Shown piece after piece: positions 1 to 8,900 of a DNA stretch of 64,000 bases (position 1 is its first letter; every line of letters begins with the position of its first letter). The DNA lies in contig OY820579.1 in the NCBI GenBank assembly GCA_963681965.1, positions 1,248,001-1,312,000 on the forward strand, read 5' to 3'. Under the pieces are notes generated by a model that made no database searches, was not told where the DNA came from, and saw nothing but the letters and a program-made list of their open reading frames with translations. The translations under genes and the position numbers were made by a program. This stretch comes from a bacterium (GTDB lineage Bacteria; Electryoneota; JAOADG01).

Positions 1-1
1 C

Positions 2-856
2 ACACGGAATGGTTACCGACTGCCGACTGAAGCCGAATGGGAGTATGCGGGGCGTGGGGATCAAAACAGTCCCTATTATATCTTCCCGTGGGGAGACGAT
101 TCGACTTCGCAAAATCATGCGAATTGGCCCAGTTCAGGCGACCCTTATGAGACAACTGCGAATCCGCAATCGACTCCAGTTGGATTTTACGATGGCACTA
201 GGCACTACAAGTATGAGTTTAACTGGCCGGGTGCCGCAACCAACTATCAGACCTTAAACGGTTCCAATCCATTCGGGTTGTTTGATATGGCGGGAAATTG
301 CTGGGAACTAATTAACGACTGGTACGGACAGAATTACTACAGTGTCAGCACTTCGAACAATCCCACTGGACCGACTAGTGGTTTTATCATGCCCGATGGT
401 AAACCGTATCGCGGGATGCGCGGCGGCAACTGGTACAACGGACAGTGGGGGCACTCGCGAGTTGCCAATCGCAATCCCTCTTACTACCGCGGTCCACAGG
501 ATCCCAATCATCCGTGGTACCATGTCAGTTTCCGAATTGCAAGAAAAGGTGCACCGGTATCTGATGTGAAGCAAACCGGAACGCAGATTCCGTGTTCCTT
601 TGCGTTGCTACAGAATCATCCGAACCCGTTCAATGCCACAACAACAATCTCGTTCAATTTACCTCACAGTGGTAGAGCCCGATTGCTCGTCTATGATATC
701 ACCGGTAGAGAGATTATGACTCTATTAAACGGTGAACAAACATCAGGTAGTCACCGGATTGTATTGAATGGATCTTCCCTCAGCAGTGGTGTCTATTTCT
801 GCAAGCTGACTCAGGGTTCAAACGAGCAGATGATTAAAACTGTTTTACTGAAGTAA
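2..856 (+). CDS. FGE-sulfatase (SUMF1/EgtB/PvdO)-fold protein with T9SS-A-like C-terminal domain, 5'-partial
   Basis: Frame open from base 2: YRLPTEAEWEYAGRG, N.FGLFDMAGNCWE, RGGNW, FRIAR; C-terminal QNHPNPFN...LSSGVYF...KTVLLK. No FGE catalytic Cys pair after RGG. Confidence 0.85.
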   Translation, partial: TRNGYRLPTEAEWEYAGRGDQNSPYYIFPWGDDSTSQNHANWPSSGDPYETTANPQSTPVGFYDGTRHYKYEFNWPGAATNYQTLNGSNPFGLFDMAGNCWELINDWYGQNYYSVSTSNNPTGPTSGFIMPDGKPYRGMRGGNWYNGQWGHSRVANRNPSYYRGPQDPNHPWYHVSFRIARKGAPVSDVKQTGTQIPCSFALLQNHPNPFNATTTISFNLPHSGRARLLVYDITGREIMTLLNGEQTSGSHRIVLNGSSLSSGVYFCKLTQGSNEQMIKTVLLK

Positions 857-896
857 CAAAGCCTTGCAGAGCGACATCACGGAAGGAGCCGATATT

Positions 897-2597
897 ATGA
901 GAAATTTGCATCGAATAATTTTTGCCATTCTGGCAACAGCCACATTTTCATTGGCACAACCACGAACAGTAGGTGTGATTGTCAATGATACATCGCTGGC
1001 ATGGCAGGGATATACTCTGCTCGCGCCGAAACTCAATTCTGCGACCTATCTCATTAACAATGAAGGTAGAATTGTTAACCGATGGACACGATCCTCCTAT
1101 CCTCCCGGACAGTCAGTGTATCTGCTTCCCAATGGGCATCTTTTGCGTACTTGTTTTGTTCAGGGCTCATTGAGTTCCGGTGGTGGTGAAGGTGGAAGAT
1201 TGGAGGAATACACTTGGGGCGACACACTGGTCTGGTCGTTCGACTATACCTCACAAAACTACGTCTCACACCACGATATTCGGGTCTTACCGAATGGGAA
1301 TATTTTATTACTTGCGATTGAGAAGAAAACCTATGCTGAGTGTGTTGCGGCTGGTTTCAATCCCGCTCGGATTCCCGATGTACAATCACGCGGATACATG
1401 CTTCCGGATTATGTAATTGAGGTTCATCCCACTCTCCCTACCGGAGGAACGATTGTATGGCAGTGGCATACATGGGATCATCTGATCCAGGACTTTGATG
1501 CGACAAAATCGAATTATGGAACACCTTCTCAACACCCGGAGTTGATCGATTGCGATGGCGATGGCAGAAATCTCCCGGTGTTCTGGAATCACATGAATTC
1601 AATTACCTATAGCCCTGCGCTTGATCAAGTATTGCTCAGTGTTCGGGGTAATAGTGAAATTTGGGTAGTCGATCACAGCACAACAACCACTCAGGCTTCA
1701 TCTCACACTGGTGGTACACACAATCGCGGTGGTGACTTGCTTTATCGCTGGGGTAATCCAACTTGTTACGGTTCAGGAACTGCCACCAATCGTCAACTTT
1801 TCGAGCAACATGATGCTGAGTGGATTCCTGCCGGTTCACCGGGAGCAGGTCATATTACGATCTTCAACAATGGATTGAATCGTAACTACTCTTCCGTTGA
1901 CGAGTTCATTCCGCCCGTGGACAGTGCTGGAAACTACACCTTCACTGCTCCGCGATTTGGTCCGACATCGGCAACGTGGACGTATACTGCCTCACCGCCA
2001 TCAGCGATGTATGCCGCGGATATCTGTGGTGCACAGCGTCTACCGAACGGTAACACACTCGTTTGTTATGGAACGAAGGGCAACCTCATTGAAGTAACTT
2101 CCACGGGTCAAACCGTTTGGTTCTATACAAATCCGGTAATCAATTCCGGACCGGTGATGCAGGGTGATTCCATCACTGATGATCCGACTCATCCCGGGGA
2201 ACGATTGAATATGGTTTTCCGTGCAAACCGCTATGCACCGACTTATACAGGATTTCAAGGTCGCGATTTAACACCGGGGAATTTCATTGAAAGGTACCCC
2301 AATGCAGTCGGCGAAAGTAGTACTAGAATACCTACTACACTGTCGCTGAACAGTTGTTATCCGAATCCATTCAATGCCGTAACGCAAATCTCGTTCACAG
2401 TTCCTAAGACCATGTACCTCAATTTGCAGATTTTCGATATGCAAGGACGAAGTATTGCCACATTGATCGATGCCAATACATCCTCGGGATCTCACCGCAT
2501 TGCATTTGATGGAAAGCTGCTGTCAACCGGTATCTATTTTGTTAGACTGAGTGGATCCGGCATTGTGGATACCAGGAAACTTGTGCTACTCAAGTGA
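897..2597 (+). CDS. Secreted arylsulfotransferase (ASST)-like beta-propeller with T9SS-A-like CTD
   Basis: AAGGAG RBS before ATG 897; signal peptide; SHHDIRVLPNGN, FWNHMNSI, LLYRWGNP, QHDAEWI, AQRLPNGNTL; CTD CYPNPFN...KLVLLK. Confidence 0.8.
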   Translation: MRNLHRIIFAILATATFSLAQPRTVGVIVNDTSLAWQGYTLLAPKLNSATYLINNEGRIVNRWTRSSYPPGQSVYLLPNGHLLRTCFVQGSLSSGGGEGGRLEEYTWGDTLVWSFDYTSQNYVSHHDIRVLPNGNILLLAIEKKTYAECVAAGFNPARIPDVQSRGYMLPDYVIEVHPTLPTGGTIVWQWHTWDHLIQDFDATKSNYGTPSQHPELIDCDGDGRNLPVFWNHMNSITYSPALDQVLLSVRGNSEIWVVDHSTTTTQASSHTGGTHNRGGDLLYRWGNPTCYGSGTATNRQLFEQHDAEWIPAGSPGAGHITIFNNGLNRNYSSVDEFIPPVDSAGNYTFTAPRFGPTSATWTYTASPPSAMYAADICGAQRLPNGNTLVCYGTKGNLIEVTSTGQTVWFYTNPVINSGPVMQGDSITDDPTHPGERLNMVFRANRYAPTYTGFQGRDLTPGNFIERYPNAVGESSTRIPTTLSLNSCYPNPFNAVTQISFTVPKTMYLNLQIFDMQGRSIATLIDANTSSGSHRIAFDGKLLSTGIYFVRLSGSGIVDTRKLVLLK

Positions 2598-2613
2598 TGT
2601 AACGTGAGAGGAG

Positions 2614-4344
2614 ATGATCATGAGTAACGATATATGTAAAATTGCATTGATGATCGGGATACTGCTATTCCTATCGTTCGCAATGCAATCAGTCGCGCAC
2701 TCACAGCCTCGTACGATGGGACTAATGCTGAATGATACTGCATTAGCTTATCGTGGATACACTTTGTTAGTACCCAACAAGTATTCGGATACTTACCTGA
2801 TCGACAACGATGGTCGATTAGTACATTCTTGGACGGCAAGTACCTATCCACCTTCTCAGTCGGCTTATATCCTGCCAAATGGTCACTTGCTTCGAAGTTG
2901 TAAAATACCGAGTGCGATCAACACCGGTGGTGTAAGTGGTGGGAGGATTGAAGAATACACTTGGGGTGACACATTGGTGTGGTTTTATACCTATTCTACC
3001 GACACTACTCTTCAACACCATGATATCCGACCGCTTCCCAACGGAAATGTTCTGATGCTGGCGGTTGAGAAAAAAACGTACGCGCAGTGTATCGCAGCTG
3101 GTTTCGATTCGGCACGAATTCCCCAGATTAGAACAACGGGATATATGCTGATCGATATGGTAGTGGAAGTACAACCGACTTATCCATCAGGTGGAACGAT
3201 TGTGTGGCAGTGGCATACTTGGGACCATCTAATTCAAGGTCGTGATTCGTCTAAAGCCAATTATGGCAATGTGGCTGCGCATCCGGAATTGATCAGTACC
3301 GCAGGAAATGGTGGTAATCTCAATGTATTCTGGAACCACATGAATTGCGTGACCTACAATCCACAGTTGGATCAGGTGATGGTGAGTGTTCGCCAAAATA
3401 GCGAATTGTGGATCATCGATCACAGCACTACTACGGTTCAGGCAACATCTCATACCGGCGGTCGTTACGGACATGGCGGAGATTTACTTTACCGCTGGGG
3501 TAATCCGGTCTGTTATTCAAATGGAACAAATGCCAATCAAATGTTGTTTCAGCAGCACGATACTGAATGGATTACACCAGACTGCCCCGGAGCAGGTCAT
3601 ATTACCATCTTCAATAACGGTCAGGGAAGAAATTATTCTTCTGCCGATGAAATAACTCCTCCGATCGATAGCCTCGGTTTTTATTCGCGTGGAACTGGAG
3701 CTTTCGGACCGACGCAAACAACATGGTCTTATACTGCAACTCCGAATACTGCTTTTTATGGTGCGAATATTTCAAGTGCACAACGTCTCCCGAATGGAAA
3801 TACGCTCATCCTGAACGGTCCGAAAGGAACGATGTTTGAGGTGACTACAACCGGGCAGATGGTTTGGCAGTATATCAGTCCGGTAACAAATCTGGGTCCC
3901 CTATATCAATACGATACGATCCCGGACGATACCTCCAATGTTGGAACGAAACAAAATCTCGTGTTCCGAGCAAACCGCTATGCACCGACTTATGCAGGAT
4001 TTCAAGGTCGCGACTTAACACCAGGGAATTTTATCGAAAGGTACACCACTGCAGTTTCGCAGCCGGAGCATGAATTACCTCAATCGATCAAGTTATTCGA
4101 TTGCTATCCCAATCCATTCAATGCTACTACTGAAATTAGATTCGATGTACCCAAATCAACACAGGTTTCACTCCGAGTATACGACATGCTTGGGCGAAAA
4201 GTTGCTGAACTTGTGAATGATCGAGTGGCAACTGGAACACATCGAGTCTCATTCGATGGAGGTAAAATTGCGACCGGTGTGTATATCGTCAAATTGGAAG
4301 CCGATGGAAAGTTGGCGGTAAAGAAATTGGTACTGTTAAAGTAG
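2614..4344 (+). CDS. Secreted arylsulfotransferase-like paralog with T9SS-A-like CTD
   Basis: Same motifs as the upstream paralog (QHHDIRPLPNGN, FWNHMNCV, QQHDTEWI, AQRLPNGNTL); CTD CYPNPFN...KLVLLK. Confidence 0.8.
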   Translation: MIMSNDICKIALMIGILLFLSFAMQSVAHSQPRTMGLMLNDTALAYRGYTLLVPNKYSDTYLIDNDGRLVHSWTASTYPPSQSAYILPNGHLLRSCKIPSAINTGGVSGGRIEEYTWGDTLVWFYTYSTDTTLQHHDIRPLPNGNVLMLAVEKKTYAQCIAAGFDSARIPQIRTTGYMLIDMVVEVQPTYPSGGTIVWQWHTWDHLIQGRDSSKANYGNVAAHPELISTAGNGGNLNVFWNHMNCVTYNPQLDQVMVSVRQNSELWIIDHSTTTVQATSHTGGRYGHGGDLLYRWGNPVCYSNGTNANQMLFQQHDTEWITPDCPGAGHITIFNNGQGRNYSSADEITPPIDSLGFYSRGTGAFGPTQTTWSYTATPNTAFYGANISSAQRLPNGNTLILNGPKGTMFEVTTTGQMVWQYISPVTNLGPLYQYDTIPDDTSNVGTKQNLVFRANRYAPTYAGFQGRDLTPGNFIERYTTAVSQPEHELPQSIKLFDCYPNPFNATTEIRFDVPKSTQVSLRVYDMLGRKVAELVNDRVATGTHRVSFDGGKIATGVYIVKLEADGKLAVKKLVLLK

Positions 4345-4365
4345 GATTTCCTTGGGGAAGATTCC

Positions 4366-4765
4366 GTGAGAACATTGTTCTTGGCGTTTGTTGCGATTTT
4401 TCTAATTGCAACGACTACTTCGATTGCTCAAACTCGCACAGTCGGTGTGATCATCCACGATTCGTCACTCGCATGGCAGTGTTACACTTTGATTGCTCCC
4501 AAGCTCAATACGATGACCTACTTGATTGATAACAATGGTCGAATCGTCAATGAGTGGACTAATTCATCTTACCCTCCGGGTCAATCTGTTTATCTGCTTC
4601 CGAATGGACATTTACTTCGCAGTTGTATGACACATGGTTCTCTTAGCTCCGGTGGTGGGGAGGGCGGGCGGATTGAAGAGTATACGTGGGGGGATACGCT
4701 TGTACGGTAAATGATACAGTCATGTCGCACCATGATATTAGACCGCTTCCTAGCGGCAACATTCT
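4366..4765 (+). pseudogene. Third arylsulfotransferase-like paralog, frameshifted and truncated
   Basis: N-terminus closely matches paralog 1 up to EEYTWGDTLV, stop at 4708-4710, resumes in another frame as SHHDIRPLPSGNIL, then homology ends. Confidence 0.85.
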
Positions 4766-5185
4766 CGCGTTGCAAACAGAAATCCCTCATACTACCGTGG
4801 TCCCGACGATCCGAACCACGCATAGTACTATGTCGGATTCCGAATTGCACGAAGAGCCACGATTGCTGTTGTTTCGGCACCAACAACACCAGATAGCTTA
4901 ACAATCGTTGTTTCGAAGGGAAGCGTGACCCTGTCATGGTTACCTGCTTCCGGAACGATCACTGGATATCGAGTTTATCGAAGTATAACCGGATACTTTA
5001 ATCCACCCGAGGCTGGAACGTTGATCGGAACAACTGATGCTGGCGTCACCACATTCACCGACATTACTACAGGTACTGAAGCATGTTACCGAGTAACTGC
5101 TTTTTACGGGTACAGTTTAGTCAACACCGCTATTGGTGAAAAGGAAATTGGAAGAACAGTTTTTCCTGTGAACCGGAAGAAATAA
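4760..5185 (+). pseudogene. C-terminal fragment of an FGE-fold paralog carrying an alternative FN3-like C-terminal domain
   Basis: Frame from 4760 reads HSRVANRNPSYYRGPDDPNHA*YYVGFRIARR (cf. HSRVANRNPSYYRGPQDPNHPWYHVSFRIARK in gene 2..856; TAG at 4823), then APTTPDSLTI...LSW...GYRVYRSITGYFNPPEAGTLIG...YRVT. Confidence 0.85.
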
Positions 5186-5916
5186 TGAAAATCGCTAATT
5201 GATACAAATCTTCGACAATTAGAAAATTGGTAAATTCTTGATCGATTAATGAATTTTTCGGCTGTAACTCCGTAACTTAAAAAGCAGTTTATCAACCGAA
5301 AACCACTGATAATCTCGCTAGAAAGTTTAGTCAGTGCAACGAGTCGCGGTGGCTCCCTTTACTGTCTTTGAACAGCTTTTCATTGTTTTGGAAATGCCAA
5401 TTATCAAAATCATGAAAACTGAAGGCGACACTGACCTTATGTACAAATTTCGATTCTTTCTACCCTGATTGATATAAATGAATGATTTTTCTACCTGCCA
5501 ATCAAAATAGAATTTTGATGAATTATCCTGCCATTTGTGTTAGATTTGTCTTTTTCGTTCGTCACGCCGAATAATCGATCTTACTTCGATGAATTCAATA
5601 AATTCAAGGATTTTGCTTGAATGTACCAGATGCGTTATCTTTAAGTTATATAAATAGGGTTTCAATGTTTCCTCCCAACAAATTTCACGACTGGTATGAT
5701 CCACGGTTCGATCAACCGTGCGAAGCGATAGAAATAATCCTGTTGTAAGATTACCCAATGCAAGATTGCGTTGGGTTTTTTAATATGTTTCTGCTAACTC
5801 GTGTTATCATAAGTTGAAAAGCATGAGTAGAAAGAATAATAGATATTGTCTGCCCTCTGAAACCTTGACTCTTAACATTTGAACTAGGGTACGTTCTGAT
5901 ATGAATTGGGGGAACT

Positions 5917-8900
5917 ATGCGTTTGTCCATATCAATCTACCTAGCTATGCTCCTTATTTCACAACCACTCGCTTCCACGCTGAAACCGGGCATCGATTAT
6001 ATGCCGAATCTCATCGAATTCAAGCTGACAGCCGAATTCAATCGCACAGTCAATAAAGCATCCGACGGGCATATTAACTATCCCACCGGCAATAAATCAA
6101 TCGATGTAATGATGCAGAAATACAACATTAAACAACTAAAACCGATCTTTACATTCGATCCGATTTCACTCAAAAGCGAGCACTTTTGGGCACTAGGAAT
6201 GGATCGGTACTACCTCTTCCGCAGCGGTCTCAGCAAACCATCGGCATTCGGTTCCGAGACGGTACTGGATGTGTCGACTGCGCTCAAATCATTGACATCG
6301 TTGATAGAAGAAGCCGATCCGGCTGCGATCTATCAACCCTGCTACACGCCAAACGATTGGACGATTCAAAGCAACCCGTACAGTCCTGGCGATCCCATGT
6401 GGGGACTCGATTCGATGCATTGTCCTCAGGCTTGGGATTACTGGCGGGGCGACCCGAACAGTAACCCAGTCTTGGTGGTAACGATCGATACCGGTGTTGA
6501 CCTTTACCATGAGGACTTGGTAGCAAACTTCAAAGTCAATACCGCAGAAGACCTGAATCACAATGGTCGCTACGATGAAAATGATCTCAACGGGATCGAT
6601 GACGACGGCAATGGTTTTGTGGATGATGTTGTCGGTTACGATTTTGTCGATAACGACACATATTGGCTTTCCGGTGTCCAAAATGTACCGGGAGAAGATT
6701 ATTCGCCGCGCGATGGCACTCCGATGGATTTCAATGGTCATGGTACACACGTGTGCGGTACGGTTGCCGCTCATACCGACAATACTGTTGGTGTCCCATC
6801 TGCATCTTACAGTGTCAATACGATCGCGGTTCGAGCTGCACTTGCATGTCGACTTAACGGTACGAATAATCTGACCGCACGCTTCGTTAGCTCGGATGTA
6901 GCACCAGCAATTCAGTATGCCGTCAATCGCGGAGCTCGTGTCCTGAGTTTGAGCTTTGGTGGCAGCTCAACATCGCATGCCCAGGAAGTCGCCTTAGGGT
7001 ATGCTCATCATCAAGGAAATTGTCTCCCGTTTGCTGCTGCTGGTAACGATAACACATCAAATTCAACTTATCCGGCGGATTATCCCGAAGTTTTGAAGGT
7101 CGCGGCATTATCGTTTGGTAATGTCAAAGCCGACTATTCGAATTATAGCTCGAACGTTGCTGTTTGTGCCCCCGGCGATGTAATCCTGTCAACCACAGTG
7201 CGTAATTCTTACAATGTAAACAACGGGTATGGGCTATCGTCCGGTACTTCGATGGCGTGTCCGAATGCGGCGGCGGTGGCAGGTTTCATTCTTTCGATGG
7301 TTCCCACTTTAGACCACGATACACTTGGGGTCGTGATGATGCGAACCGGACACGACCCATCGCAATGGAACAACTCCAGTTACAACGGAATGCTGGGAAA
7401 GTTAGTTGATGCAGCGGCTGCGATTCGAAGTTTACGTCCTCTCGGACTAACTTCACCGGTTTATGATTCGCTGACGCTTACGGTCGGGAACGCACTTGTG
7501 CTCCAGTGGACTTCGGTACCAAGCATCACTACAACCCGCGTCGAAATCAATCGCAACTACCCGACCGGCGCATGGCAAGTCATCTGCGGGAATGCACCCA
7601 ATACCGGGTCTGCGGTCTGGATCGTCGATGGGATCGCCGGCGACCACATGCGATTTCGAGTGCTTGATGCCGATAACCCGAGCCAGAATGGCGATACGAC
7701 CCGAGTCGACTCGCGCGTCATGGCGCAGCGGCAGTTGCCGTTGATTGAAAACTTTTCTCTTCACTCATTTCCACCACCGGGATGGACTATCGTACCGACA
7801 CCCGAGATTTTATTATCGGGTTGGAGCCGGTACGATGGCAACAATGGAAATAACGGCGTCGCCAGTTGTCCGACCAACTACTCGGTGCGACGAAGATACG
7901 AACTGTGGTCACAGAGTTTCTCAACGATAGGTGTTAGTGCCGTTACCGTAAGGTTCAAACTATCCTGTTCGCTCTCCGGAAATGATCAGTTGGATGACTC
8001 GTTGATGATCGCGTATGAAGCTAATCCGCAATTGCCTTATCAGGTCGCCGCGGTTAAGCGTACACGTGGCACCGGCGACGAATGGATTTTCTATGGTACC
8101 GGAGGCGATGTCAATACTCCCGCGAGTTCGGATTGGGGAACGTGGGAAGTTCAACTGCCGAATTTCGCAACGCAATCAAGTTCGGTTCGCATCGGACTAC
8201 TCGGGACCAATTACCGAACCGACCGACCGAATTTCTTTATCGACGATTTTGAAGTTCAACCGTTCGCGCTGGTCGTCGGACCTTCAATGTGTTGGTATAC
8301 TGCGCTTACCGGTAACTCGGTTTCGCTAGCATGGGACAATCTATCGAACAACGAAACCGGCTTTCTAGTGCAGCGTTCGACGGATGGTGTGAATTTTGTT
8401 ACGCGTGGAACAACGAATCCGAATGTAACATCGTTCACGGACAACACGCTCATACCGGGTACCATGTATTACTATCGTGTTTTTGCGCTGAGTGGTACGA
8501 TGCAATCGACGCGTTCGGCGGCGTTAACACTCACAAGCCCCCCGGCAATACCACTGGCACCAATTCTGGGAAATGTCGGTACGACGATGCTCGAGTTGAC
8601 ACCCCGTAATGCAGCGAACAATGCTAACAATCCCGGTATCGGATACATGATTTATGTGCTGGATGATCAAAATAACTGGTGGGTACAAGGTGATAATACG
8701 CTCGGCTATACTCCCGTTGCACTACAACTTTCGGAATGGGGAACGCGGAGGATTACGGGCTTGACGCCCGGACATACAGTGCAAATTGGTGTCCATGCTA
8801 CAACTACCGATCATGTCTCATCAGCAATGTCGCCGACCGTTACCGCACAGCTTGTCACCGCGTGGAACCCGCCCTTAGTGCAGAACTTTGGGACAACCGA

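Noticed and set aside
454-4860. Possible DGR template/variable repeat pair in the FGE (C-type lectin fold) genes
   Set aside because: Differences between 454-545 and 4760-4850 are mostly synonymous third-position changes, not adenine-specific, and there is no reverse transcriptase in the window.
5186-5916. AT-rich intergenic region with short ORFs or a possible ncRNA
   Set aside because: No recognisable protein motif or RNA structure; probably promoter or decayed DNA.
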